A DNA stretch of 38,683 bases, taken from an uncultured archaeon. GTDB taxonomy: Archaea > Asgardarchaeota > Lokiarchaeia > Sigyniarchaeales > SOKP01. Location of the stretch: positions 1-38,683 of the forward strand of contig CAZOYD010000031.1 in assembly GCA_964583985.1 (NCBI GenBank), given 5' to 3'. The notes under the pieces were generated by a model that had not been told where the DNA came from, did no database searches, and saw only the letters and a program-made list of their open reading frames with translations. This document shows, piece after piece, positions 1 to 9,579 of this stretch. Each line of letters begins with the position of its first letter. Positions within the stretch are counted from its first letter, which is position 1. The position numbers were made by a program, and so were the translations under genes.

Positions 1-1
1 T

Positions 2-445
2 GTCATAGCAATAGATATTTCAAACAAATCGGATCCAACCCCCATGTCAGATATTTTTGTCGATGGAGCTGACGGTGTGGGTTTAGCAATACTGGAAGAT
101 CATTTATTTACCGGAGCTTGCGCCGAAGGAATCAAGATCGTTGATATTACTACTCCATCGACATTAACATCATTTGGATATTACGATGATTATCAAGACA
201 TTTATTGTGATGGAGGATCAGATTACGCTTTATATCCAAAACTATATGATGGAGGATCTTTCGGAAATCTATTGGTTTTCGTCTCCATGGGATGTGGTTT
301 GAACATCATTTCAATAGATGGATTCGAATTTGAATTTAGCATACCAGGATTTGAGACTTATGGCATTATCTTCTCAACATTAATAGGGATCTCTTTTATT
401 TACTTACAATTAAAAAAGAGAGTAAAAACATCTGAATTATTTTAA
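2..445 (+). CDS. 3' part of an LVIVD-repeat cell-surface protein with C-terminal IPGF-TM-basic anchor (PGF-CTERM/Loki-CTERM-like); 5'-truncated by window edge
   Basis: Frame is open from base 2 (VIAIDISNKSDPTP...). Repeats 'VIAIDIS', 'GIKIVDITTP', 'GLNIISID'. Ends SIPGFE + hydrophobic helix + KKRVK. Confidence 0.75.
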   Translation, partial: VIAIDISNKSDPTPMSDIFVDGADGVGLAILEDHLFTGACAEGIKIVDITTPSTLTSFGYYDDYQDIYCDGGSDYALYPKLYDGGSFGNLLVFVSMGCGLNIISIDGFEFEFSIPGFETYGIIFSTLIGISFIYLQLKKRVKTSELF

Positions 446-570
446 CTTTATTTTTAATTTTTTTTTAATGCACCTTTATAAATGCATGAATCACAGTTTG
501 ATTAGATATAATAATGAATATTAATTCGATTACATAATCTAAAATTTTTAAAAATTAGGTTGATAAAAAC

Positions 571-1071
571 ATGCCAAGTTTTAAAGAGACATATAATGCT
601 ATAAAAGCCGATTGGAATGCGGGGGAGAAAAACTTTAACGTGGAGTGTGAGATGCTCCCCAAAGGAATGCAATTAAAGTGCTCGATGGACACCAAGCCTT
701 TTGAGCTCTTAATTGATGCCCCTGGAGGACTAGATGGTACCAATGAAGGACCTTCTCCATTATTAGTAATTTTGGCTTCAATTGGAGGCTGCATTATTGC
801 AGTCACTCGTTTTTGGGCAAAAATTATGGATATTGAAATTGAAGAAATGAAAGTTTTTTCTCGAGGTCATATTAACTTAGGTGCCATATTTGGTCTTGAT
901 GATTCGAAATTAGCGGGTTATGATAAATTAGAACCCGTAGTTAGAATCAAAGCAAAGGCTTCAGATGAAAAAATCAATGAATTAATGGATAAAGTCTTTT
1001 CTCATTGTCCTATTATCTCTAATATGGGCGGGGCTTCTCCAATCACACCAAAAGTTCAAATAAAAAAATAA
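571..1071 (+). CDS. OsmC/Ohr family protein
   Basis: 'IDAPGGLDGTNEGPSPL...LASIGGC' and second Cys in 'HCPI' match the OsmC two-Cys layout. Confidence 0.88.
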   Translation: MPSFKETYNAIKADWNAGEKNFNVECEMLPKGMQLKCSMDTKPFELLIDAPGGLDGTNEGPSPLLVILASIGGCIIAVTRFWAKIMDIEIEEMKVFSRGHINLGAIFGLDDSKLAGYDKLEPVVRIKAKASDEKINELMDKVFSHCPIISNMGGASPITPKVQIKK

Positions 1072-1115
1072 ATTTTATTTTTTTTTATTTTTCTAATTTC
1101 TTTTTAAATTTATAC

Positions 1116-1334
1116 TTGGTTTCTCAATTGAAGAAAAAAGAACATATTTGTCATTGGTACAATATTTGTCCAATTAAACATTTTGTTGATCAAAATAAAC
1201 TTGATCGCAAATGGGTTGAAAATTATTGCTTGATAGGAAATAAAAAGTGTGTGAGATACAACTTGGAAGAAAGTGGCCAATTTCATCCTGATAACATGCT
1301 TCCAGATGGAACAATTATGGAAGACCTTTCTTAA
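1116..1334 (+). CDS. Small Cys-rich conserved hypothetical protein
   Basis: 72 aa, four Cys (CHWYNICP...YC...CVRY), C-terminal HPDNMLPDG; fills the gap between two genes; TTG start. Confidence 0.7.
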   Translation: MVSQLKKKEHICHWYNICPIKHFVDQNKLDRKWVENYCLIGNKKCVRYNLEESGQFHPDNMLPDGTIMEDLS

Positions 1335-1429
1335 AACATCATCATGTCTTATCTTATATATTTAATTAGGTTAATTTTGTAAAAATTTTGGTCAATTTTA
1401 CAATTTGATTTTGCAATTAATCAAATTGG

Positions 1430-2275
1430 CTATTTTAACGGATATTTCGGTTTCCTTTTTTGCATGAATGCTGCTGAACCTTCATTCATGTCTTTAGAGC
1501 AAAAAGAAAGAACGATGGATGTATTTTCCAGTTGTAAAATTGTTTCTAAACTTGGTGAATCCATTGTTAGATTTATTGCTTGTTTCGTCATTCTCAATCC
1601 TAAAGGACTTTTCGTTAAAAGATCGGTTGCAATCTCTAGGGCAGCATCCATTAAGTTCTCTTTATTTACAACCTTTAACACGAGTCCAATCTCTTCTGCT
1701 TCCTTGCTTCCAACTTCTCTACCAGAATATAATATCTCTGATGCTCGAGAAATACCGATTAAACGTGGCAAAAAGTAGCTTCCTCCCACATCCGCACCAG
1801 TCAGACCTAAATTGATAGAGCCATTGATAAATTTCACGTCATCAGTTGCTATTCTGATATCTGAAGCCATGGCAAAACCAAAACCGCCACCAACAGCAGC
1901 ACCATGAACTATTGCAATTATTGGTTGGCTTATTTTTCGCATTTTTATATATATTTGACTTATTCGCCATTGGTGATATAATTTCTTCTTTAGCGGTTCA
2001 GGAGTATTTAAGATGTAATAATTTTCATACCCCTCTGGTACTTTTTTACTATTTAAATTCAAACCTTCTTGTAAATCCGTACCAGCACAAAACGCTCTTC
2101 CATTCCCACGCATGATAATTACTCGACAATCCAAATTGGTCATTAGCGAATCAAAGAGTGAATGAAGTTCCTCTTCCATTTGAAATGAAATGGCATTTAA
2201 CCTATCGGGTCTATTTAATGTTAAAATTCCAATTCCATTCTCTCGCAAGTCAAATGCAATAGTTTGATACTCCAT
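1430..2275 (-). CDS. Enoyl-CoA hydratase/isomerase (crotonase) family protein
   Basis: LTLNRPDRLNA, AFCAGTDL, QPIIAIVHGAAVGGG, ASDIRIA motifs. Confidence 0.93.
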   Translation of the reverse strand: MEYQTIAFDLRENGIGILTLNRPDRLNAISFQMEEELHSLFDSLMTNLDCRVIIMRGNGRAFCAGTDLQEGLNLNSKKVPEGYENYYILNTPEPLKKKLYHQWRISQIYIKMRKISQPIIAIVHGAAVGGGFGFAMASDIRIATDDVKFINGSINLGLTGADVGGSYFLPRLIGISRASEILYSGREVGSKEAEEIGLVLKVVNKENLMDAALEIATDLLTKSPLGLRMTKQAINLTMDSPSLETILQLENTSIVLSFCSKDMNEGSAAFMQKRKPKYPLK

Positions 2276-2314
2276 ATTTTATCACATATTAGTTAATTAA
2301 ATACTAAATAAATA

Positions 2315-3085
2315 TCATTTTATTAGGGTATTTTTAGCAATTAAGAATAATTTCTTCAGATGTTCTTCAGTTAGATGGAAATGCAATTCCCATTCATCTT
2401 CTGAAAGATAATCACTAATTGTAAAAATTGCGCCAGCGTCTACATTTAGACATTGAGCCACGGCAAACAATGATGCAGCTTCCATTTCGACAGTTAGAAC
2501 ACCTTCTTTTTGGTAATGGGTGACTTCTGCTTTAGTTTCTCTGTAGGGAGCATCAATTGTCCAAGTTGATCCTTTGATATAATCGAAATTTAGTTCTGAA
2601 ATTGTGCTTATTATTTGATTAGTTAGAGATTCAGTGGGATAAGCATATTTTTCACTTATTAGATAATGATGCGAAACTCCTTCATCACGTATTGCTTTAT
2701 CACATACAATAATGCTTCCTAATTTTAAATCTGTTTGTAGTGATCCAGCAACTCCAATTGAGATATACTTTTTTATGCCGAATGCTGTTAATTCCTCAAT
2801 TAATAAACCAACTATTGGTCCTCCAATACCAAAACCCCCACATACCCCAATTTGGGTCCCTTTTTCTTCTAAAAGATAAAAAAACTCTCCAACGACATGA
2901 TCTATTCTTTTTACATCATAATTATTAAGTATATAATTAAGCAAAGTAGGAGAATAACATAAGATCACGCCTCTTGGAGGATCTATATTTGGAATTGCCC
3001 CAATTTTTTTCTTATAATCCCAAAAATCTTTAGCTTTTAGGAGTGGCTTTTCATTGTACTTATTGAGAAAATTTGGGAATGCCAT
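2315..3085 (-). CDS. Nucleoside phosphorylase (PNP/UDP family)
   Basis: GIGGP, IGVAGSL, AIRDEGVSHHY, TWTIDAPYRET, TVEMEAA, ISD motifs. Confidence 0.92.
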   Translation of the reverse strand: MAFPNFLNKYNEKPLLKAKDFWDYKKKIGAIPNIDPPRGVILCYSPTLLNYILNNYDVKRIDHVVGEFFYLLEEKGTQIGVCGGFGIGGPIVGLLIEELTAFGIKKYISIGVAGSLQTDLKLGSIIVCDKAIRDEGVSHHYLISEKYAYPTESLTNQIISTISELNFDYIKGSTWTIDAPYRETKAEVTHYQKEGVLTVEMEAASLFAVAQCLNVDAGAIFTISDYLSEDEWELHFHLTEEHLKKLFLIAKNTLIK

Positions 3086-3115
3086 TTTACCATACTATTT
3101 TTTATATTAATTTTG

Positions 3116-4024
3116 TCAATATAATAATTTTATTTTTGTAGAATTCTCGATTGAGTTTGGAATATTTTTTATTTGATTTCCTTTAATATTTAGATATTCT
3201 AAATTTTCTAATGATGAAATCCAATCTGGAACTTCAGTTATGAAATTGTTACTCATATTGAGTTCTTGTAAATAATGCAAATTAAGGAGCTCGTCAGGCA
3301 TTTTCTTAAATTCATTCCAGCTTAGATCGAGGATTTTAAGGTTAGTTAGGTTGATAAATTCTTTTGGAAGTTCGTAAAAATTATTACAACTAAGATATAG
3401 GGCATTTAAGACCGTTAGATTACCTATAGAATTAGGAATTGCAGGATAAGATGTGAGATTTATTTCCATGATGTGATTATCTTTAATAACGCACATTAAA
3501 TTTTCTTGATAGATGCAATTTATCCGATTTTCCATTGTAATTAGATTATTAGTATTAAGCTGGATCCCTAAATTTAAAAGAAATTGAATTTCTTCAATCT
3601 TGATGTCAAAATTAGAAGCAATAGTTTGTATCCTTAGATCCAATGTCTTTCTCAATGTTGAATATGGTTTAATATTTTTGTTAAGAATAGAATTGAGATG
3701 TGATAAGACTTGAGCTGACTGTTCATTCCTTATCGCCCAGATCAATGTATTCAAACCTTCATGAAAATATTGGGTTAATATTATTTCACTAGATAATGCC
3801 CTAATTTCTGGAATCTCATCAGAGATTAAACAATTTTCTAAGATTCTAAAAATTTTTTCATTTTTATAGCTCATATTCCCGATAATTCTCATGCTATTAA
3901 TTCTCAATTTGGAATTTTCACTTTTTTCTAAAATAGTAATCAAAAAATTGAGCGCTTCCTCTTTACTTATCTCTTTTTTTGAAAATGATTCTAAAATTTG
4001 AATAGGATCTAAGGTTTTTTTCAT
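3116..4024 (-). CDS. HEAT-like N-terminus + leucine-rich repeat protein
   Basis: C-terminal LxxLxLxxNxxxxLP repeats (LNALYLSCNNFYELP, LKILDLSWNEFKKMP, LQELNMSNNFITEVP, LEYLNIKGNQIKNIP); N-terminal 'ILENCLISDEIPEIR' HEAT-like segment. Confidence 0.88.
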   Translation of the reverse strand: MKKTLDPIQILESFSKKEISKEEALNFLITILEKSENSKLRINSMRIIGNMSYKNEKIFRILENCLISDEIPEIRALSSEIILTQYFHEGLNTLIWAIRNEQSAQVLSHLNSILNKNIKPYSTLRKTLDLRIQTIASNFDIKIEEIQFLLNLGIQLNTNNLITMENRINCIYQENLMCVIKDNHIMEINLTSYPAIPNSIGNLTVLNALYLSCNNFYELPKEFINLTNLKILDLSWNEFKKMPDELLNLHYLQELNMSNNFITEVPDWISSLENLEYLNIKGNQIKNIPNSIENSTKIKLLY

Positions 4025-4050
4025 CAGATTATTCTTTCTTTTCTTTCAAT

Positions 4051-4905
4051 TTACATCAATGGATACTTAGGTGTCCTCTTGTCAAAAAATGATTGAATAC
4101 CTTCCATAATATCTGAAGATGTGGAACAGAGCATTTGAGTAATATTTTCGATCTGAGCAATCGTATCCAAACTAGGAGAATCCATGGTTGCATTGATAGC
4201 TTGTTTAGTCATACGTAATCCTAACGGACTTTTTTCTAAAAAATTTTCAGCTATTTTTAATCCTTCAGTTAATAATTCACTTTCATTACATGTTTTAAAC
4301 ACGATACCGATTTGTTTAGCCTCAGTTGCATCTATAAATCGTCCAGTATACAAGATTTCTGCAGCTCTCGACATTCCTATCAAGCGAGGCAGAAAATAAC
4401 TTACTCCCAAATCCGCTCCTGAAAATCCTACTTTAATGAACGCATTATTCAATCTAGCATTTTCACTCGCTATTCGAACGTCTGATGCTAAAGCCAAGGC
4501 AAAACCAGCTCCTGAAGCCGCTCCATTAATGAGAGCAATAATAGGTTGGGAAATTTTACGCATTTTTATGATAATTTGACTAGTATACATCTGAGCATAG
4601 ATTTTCGCTTTAATGATATCTTTTTCTGGAGCATTCATGAAGAAAAATTTCTCTTTTAATTCGGGTGGCTTTTTTTTTTGTTGCAAAATGGTTGATTCTT
4701 TCAGATCCAATCCCGCACAAAATGCTTTTCCCCTTGCCTTTAAAATAATGACCCGGCAATCTAAATTTGTCATCAGATGATCTAGTAATAGGTGTAGATC
4801 TTTTATCATTTGAAATGAAAGGGCATTTAATTTTTCCGGTCGATTTAGTGTTATAAGACCAATACCATCTGGTTGTAGTTCAAAATTTATTGTTTCAAAA
4901 TTCAA
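4051..4905 (-). CDS. Enoyl-CoA hydratase/isomerase (crotonase) family protein, paralog of 1430-2275
   Basis: ITLNRPEKLNA, AFCAGLDL, QPIIALINGAASGAG; shares long identical stretches with the 1430-2275 product (KSPLGLRMTKQAIN, SYFLPRLIG). Confidence 0.93.
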   Translation of the reverse strand: MNFETINFELQPDGIGLITLNRPEKLNALSFQMIKDLHLLLDHLMTNLDCRVIILKARGKAFCAGLDLKESTILQQKKKPPELKEKFFFMNAPEKDIIKAKIYAQMYTSQIIIKMRKISQPIIALINGAASGAGFALALASDVRIASENARLNNAFIKVGFSGADLGVSYFLPRLIGMSRAAEILYTGRFIDATEAKQIGIVFKTCNESELLTEGLKIAENFLEKSPLGLRMTKQAINATMDSPSLDTIAQIENITQMLCSTSSDIMEGIQSFFDKRTPKYPLM

Positions 4906-4968
4906 TCTTTTTCACTTTTCTTTTTTAATTAAAACTATTTTATAGTAATATTTATTCCTAGAATAATT

Positions 4969-5316
4969 TCAAGGAAATTTACAAATTATGATTCCATCCT
5001 TAATTACTTCTTTCATAAAAGCAGTATCTTCTTTTTTTAGCTCTCTAAATTTTTTATCTGATAATAATAAAGGTGACCATTCGTATTCTAAAGATATTTC
5101 AATTAGTGTTTCATATATCTTTTCAAAATCATTTTCGGTACGTTTTTTTACAATAATTAGCAAGTCCACATCGCTACCATAATGAGGAGTTTTTCTTGAA
5201 TAAGAACCAAACAGAATTATTTTCTTGATCGTTGGAACTTTATTGATCAAAAATGCAATATTTTGATCCAATAAATTAATCAATCTCTTTTCTGAGGGTG
5301 GATATCTGATTTTCAC
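4969..5316 (-). CDS. Minimal nucleotidyltransferase (MNT) antitoxin
   Basis: 'LFGSYSRKTPHYGSDVDLLII' = GSx10DxD. Start uncertain: GTG at 5316 preferred over ATG at 5361 because it reduces overlap with the HEPN gene. Confidence 0.85.
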   Translation of the reverse strand: MKIRYPPSEKRLINLLDQNIAFLINKVPTIKKIILFGSYSRKTPHYGSDVDLLIIVKKRTENDFEKIYETLIEISLEYEWSPLLLSDKKFRELKKEDTAFMKEVIKDGIIICKFP

Positions 5317-5683
5317 AGAATGTGAATAATTTTTCAGCATTAAATATTGCCTCCTCTGCATCTTTTTTTACGAAATAATCCTCGGGAGCGCCAGAAGCGA
5401 AACCGTTAGGATAACGTGATGTAATATAACATTTGTCTAAATATTGTGCTGCTTGAATTAATTCTTCATTAACATCGAAATTTTTCGGTAATTTCTTTAA
5501 GAATTGTAATATTGAATGACCCCAAGGATCGCCTCCCATTTCAAAGTATACTGCTTTTATTGCTTTTTCTGCTCCTTGTTGAGCAGCTAGGACTGACCAT
5601 TCAAAATGTTCGATTTTTAAACTCTCTTTAGAATGAAGGATATCCTTTTTAGCCTGCTTTAACCAATCATCAGAACGTACCAA
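5276..5683 (-). CDS. HEPN domain protein (toxin partner of MNT)
   Basis: 'WLKQAKKD', 'AQQGAEKAIKA', 'WGHSI', 'YITSRYP' motifs; overlaps the MNT gene. Confidence 0.9.
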   Translation of the reverse strand: MVRSDDWLKQAKKDILHSKESLKIEHFEWSVLAAQQGAEKAIKAVYFEMGGDPWGHSILQFLKKLPKNFDVNEELIQAAQYLDKCYITSRYPNGFASGAPEDYFVKKDAEEAIFNAEKLFTFCENQISTLRKEID

Positions 5684-5967
5684 TTAGATCTTCTCTGTTA
5701 AATTTATAGCAATATTAAATATTTATAATTTGTTGTTGTTTATAAATAAAATGATATGTATTTGGTTCATATAGAATTCATATGCAGAGGAGGTGCAAGA
5801 TCTAATTTTTTTAGTATAAATTTGGCAAATATATCATTATTCTCGTTGTTGTAATATTCTAATAAAAAATTTCATTATATGATAATTATTTTAGAATTTA
5901 ATATTACAAATTTAATTATATCTTATCTTTCTATTAATAACTAATTAACACTTAAAGTGAATTTTAA

Positions 5968-8367
5968 ATGATTACTGAATCTGTTATGAGAAGGACGCTT
6001 ACGTTAAAAGATGAATTACTTTCTAGTAAGTATGAATTATGTATAGAACGAATTCGTTATTATACACAAGCATATAAAATTCATGATAAAGAACCAGAAG
6101 TGATAAAAAGAGCATTAGCTCTAGCTCATACTCTTGAACACATGACCATTTATATTAGAGATAGTGAATTATTAGTTGGAAATGAGACAAGTAAGAATCT
6201 CGGGGAAAAAATCAATTTGGATCTCCTTAGATACCCAAATAATTTTGATAAAAAAAGCACGTTCAAGAAATTTGAAAAACGAAAATTACAACCTTTCTAC
6301 ATAAATGAAAATGAAATTGAAGAATTACTGGATATCACGCCATTTTGGCAAGGAAAAGCCTTAATAGCAGATAGAATCAATACTCGATTGGTAAATGAAG
6401 GGTATATATCTGCAGAAGGCACTATTTCATCCTTAGCGCCAAATATAAGCATTCATATAGGTACAACTGAAGGACACGTTTCTGCGGGATATGGAAAAAT
6501 ATTAAAATTAGGATATAAAGGAATTTTAGAAGAAGCCAAGAATTATCAATCGAGCTTGGATAAAAATAATGCTGATTATAGAGAAAAACATAACTTTTAC
6601 GAAGCTGTAAAAATATATTATCAAGCAGCGATCGATTTTTCCAAAAGATTTGCTTTACTTGCCTCTGAAAAATCTAAAACGGAAGTTAATGAAATGAGAA
6701 AACATGAGTTATTGCAGATTTCTGAGATGATGGACAATCTATGCGATTCGCCTCCAAATTCATTTTATGAAGCGATCCAATTAATTTGGTTTTCACAGAA
6801 TATTGCAAACATCATTTATGAAAGAAGCGTGGTAGCTCTTGGGAGATTGGATCAAATTTTATGGCCTTTTTATGATAAGGACTTGATCTCCGGAAAAATA
6901 ACTAGAGATTTTGCCTTAGATCTCGTTGAAGAATTGAATTTAAAACTTACATGGAATGTTACCTTATTACCAACTGATTTTACCATGGTAGCAAATGCGA
7001 TCGGTCAAAATACTCAAACAATAACAATTTCTGGAATGGACAAGCATGGAAATGACGTCACCAATGATTTATCTTATCTATTTTTAGAAGCTTATAAGAA
7101 TATCAAAGTATTTACCACTGATCTGTCTGTAAGGGTACATGCGAATACCCCGGATGAATTTCTCAAAGAAGCAATAAAAGTTTTTCGATCAACTTCGGGA
7201 ATTGCATTTTATAATGATGATATAATCATAACAAGTCTGATAAAAACGGGATACACTCTTGAAGATGCAAGGGATTATGTTATTATTGGATGCGTTGAAC
7301 CAACTGGGCAAGGAAATAGTTTTGCTGCAACAGGGAGAGCATTTATAAATTTACCCGGTGTTTTAGAATTAGTCCTCAATAATGGTTATTGCAACCTAAC
7401 TAAAAGAGTAGGTGGTCTCCAAACTGGTGAACTAAAAAATTTCACCACCTTTAATGCCTTTTATGATGCTTTTTATCATCAACTTCAATTTAATATCAAT
7501 AAGTTAATAGAAATTGCTAGGATTGGAGATGAAGAAACAATTAAATACTTCCATCATCCCTTCATATCCGCTTTAATAGATGGATGCATGGAAAGCGGGA
7601 AGGATCATGTTTGTGGAGGGGCAAAATACAATTTTTCCTCGATAACAGCATATGGATTTGCAACTTTAGTAGATTCGTTATTTAATATTAAAAAATTAGT
7701 ATATGAACGAGATTTAATATGTTTGGAAGATTTAGCGGTTATTTTATCAAATAACTTCAAAGATGACGAAGCTCTGCGTCTTAAATTAATTAATAGATCT
7801 CAAAAATGGGGAAATGATGAAAGTGAAATTGATGAATTTGCTAACAAAATATGGGATATGTTCACTTCAGAAGTTTCAAAACATGGTCCAATAAGAGGGG
7901 GACATTATAATGCCGGCGCTTATTCAATGGGAATCCATGTTATGGAAGGACTTTTCACGCAAGCTACAGCAGACGGAAGAAAGGCTCTTGAACCCATATC
8001 GAATAGTCTATCACCAGTAAACAATGCCGTCAAAAACGGAATCACGGCAATTTTAAATTCTTTAGCCAAGTTAAATTATGAGAAAGCCACGAATGGAGTT
8101 GCTGTAAACGTCAGAATACATCCTCAAAATCTAAATTCAGAAGAAAACTTGGAAAAATTATGTTCATTATTGAAAGGATATTTTAAAGCGGGGGGAATGC
8201 AATTACAACCAAATGTTGTTTCTACAGAAACACTAAGAGATGCCCAAGCTCATCCAGACAATTATAAAGATTTAATTGTAAAAGTTGGTGGTTATAATGC
8301 AACATTTATAGATTTGGGGACTCTTATTCAAAATGATATTATTGATCGATTTGAGCACTCTCTATGA
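5968..8367 (+). CDS. Glycyl radical enzyme (PFL2/glycerol dehydratase-like), substrate unknown
   Basis: 799 aa; 'LGRLDQILWPFY', Cys loop 'IIGCVEP', C-terminal 'LRDAQAHPDNYKDLIVKVGGYNATF' radical domain. Confidence 0.93.
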   Translation: MITESVMRRTLTLKDELLSSKYELCIERIRYYTQAYKIHDKEPEVIKRALALAHTLEHMTIYIRDSELLVGNETSKNLGEKINLDLLRYPNNFDKKSTFKKFEKRKLQPFYINENEIEELLDITPFWQGKALIADRINTRLVNEGYISAEGTISSLAPNISIHIGTTEGHVSAGYGKILKLGYKGILEEAKNYQSSLDKNNADYREKHNFYEAVKIYYQAAIDFSKRFALLASEKSKTEVNEMRKHELLQISEMMDNLCDSPPNSFYEAIQLIWFSQNIANIIYERSVVALGRLDQILWPFYDKDLISGKITRDFALDLVEELNLKLTWNVTLLPTDFTMVANAIGQNTQTITISGMDKHGNDVTNDLSYLFLEAYKNIKVFTTDLSVRVHANTPDEFLKEAIKVFRSTSGIAFYNDDIIITSLIKTGYTLEDARDYVIIGCVEPTGQGNSFAATGRAFINLPGVLELVLNNGYCNLTKRVGGLQTGELKNFTTFNAFYDAFYHQLQFNINKLIEIARIGDEETIKYFHHPFISALIDGCMESGKDHVCGGAKYNFSSITAYGFATLVDSLFNIKKLVYERDLICLEDLAVILSNNFKDDEALRLKLINRSQKWGNDESEIDEFANKIWDMFTSEVSKHGPIRGGHYNAGAYSMGIHVMEGLFTQATADGRKALEPISNSLSPVNNAVKNGITAILNSLAKLNYEKATNGVAVNVRIHPQNLNSEENLEKLCSLLKGYFKAGGMQLQPNVVSTETLRDAQAHPDNYKDLIVKVGGYNATFIDLGTLIQNDIIDRFEHSL

Positions 8368-8434
8368 TTTTAAATAATCCAAAAAATCATAAATAAGATA
8401 CAATTTAAAATCATACAACTAGTGGTGGATAATT

Positions 8435-8962
8435 TTGAGACAAATTGCTCTTAAACTCTTGATATTAGGAGATGGAGGATGTGGTAAAACAACTCTGCTT
8501 CATCGTTACATTAAGAGAGAATTTATCGACACTACCACAATGACCATTGGAGTAGAGTTTTATACCAAACAAGTAATTTTAGATTCCACTAATGTATCCA
8601 TGATATTATGGGATATAACGGGTCAAGAACGCTTCAGACACATGATTCCAAGCTACATGAGAGGAGCTAGTGGAGCATTATTACTCTTTGATGTCACAAA
8701 TATGGTGAGTTTCGTTAATATAGGGAAATGGATGAATATTGTCAAGAAATTTTATCAGAATTTACCTGTTATCTTAATTGCAGCAAAATGTGATTTAGAA
8801 GAATTTTCAATAGTGAGTGATATTTACGCAAAAAAAACGAAAACAAAATTTAACATGTCAGATTATATTAAAACTTCATCTAAAACAGGCCAAAATATTG
8901 ATTTAGCTTTTGAAACCTTGGCCCTACTTGCAATTGAAGCAAAAAATCCTGTCTCAAAATAA
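8435..8962 (+). CDS. Rab/Ras-like small GTPase
   Basis: G1 GDGGCGKT, G2 TMTIGVEF, G3 WDITGQERF, G4 AKCD, G5 TSSKTG. Confidence 0.93.
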   Translation: MRQIALKLLILGDGGCGKTTLLHRYIKREFIDTTTMTIGVEFYTKQVILDSTNVSMILWDITGQERFRHMIPSYMRGASGALLLFDVTNMVSFVNIGKWMNIVKKFYQNLPVILIAAKCDLEEFSIVSDIYAKKTKTKFNMSDYIKTSSKTGQNIDLAFETLALLAIEAKNPVSK

Positions 8963-9060
8963 TCTATAATCAAGATTATATTTTATTCATCTTCTTATGC
9001 ATTTTTTTTTGGATAATTATTCATAATCTTTAAATATTCAAAATACTACTTACTAAATAG

Positions 9061-9074
9061 TGAATTATTATTCA
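9061..9074. promoter_or_regulatory. Palindromic putative operator TGAAT-N4-ATTCA upstream of the DUF5320 gene
   Basis: tgaat-tatt-attca; a one-mismatch copy at 9010-9023; perfect copies also at 13619 and 13774. Confidence 0.55.
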
Positions 9075-9105
9075 TAATAATTTAAAAAAAGGTGACTTAA
9101 TTAAA

Positions 9106-9486
9106 ATGCCAGGTGGAGATCGAACAGGACCAAGAGGTCAAGGCCCAATGACTGGGAGAGCTTTAGGATATTGTGCGGGATATGATAGTCCCGGTTTTAC
9201 TGCCGATCAAGGTTATGGGTACGGTAGAGGTTATGGAAGGTTTGGTGGTGGACGAGGAAGAGGACGAGGTCGGGGTTATGGAATGGGAAGGTATAGAGAT
9301 CCTTATTACACTCCTTATAGTCCTGTAGGAAGTTATTACCCTCCAAGAACTCCCGTTACCACCCCAGTTGATCAAATAACGATGCTCAAACAAGAGAAAA
9401 CGTATTTAGAATCTGAACTCAAGGGGATCGGTAGTGCTTTAGAAGATATTTCAAAGAGAATAGAAGAATTAGAGAAAAAAGAATAA
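9106..9486 (+). CDS. DUF5320-type Gly/Arg-rich protein
   Basis: N-terminal MPGGDRTGPRGQGPMTGRALGYC, GRG-rich middle, C-terminal coiled coil; AGGTGA SD at ~9090. Confidence 0.88.
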   Translation: MPGGDRTGPRGQGPMTGRALGYCAGYDSPGFTADQGYGYGRGYGRFGGGRGRGRGRGYGMGRYRDPYYTPYSPVGSYYPPRTPVTTPVDQITMLKQEKTYLESELKGIGSALEDISKRIEELEKKE

Positions 9487-9579
9487 TTTTTTTTTCATTT
9501 TTTTATTAATTTGTTTCGATAATTACTTTGCAGCTTCTTTGCAGATCTGAAAAAAATAAAAAAAAATAAGTTAAAATAT

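Noticed and set aside
9210-9295. GGTTATGG/GGACGAGG short repeats as a CRISPR or tandem array
   Set aside because: Explained by the Gly/Arg/Tyr-rich coding of the DUF5320 protein; no repeat-spacer periodicity.
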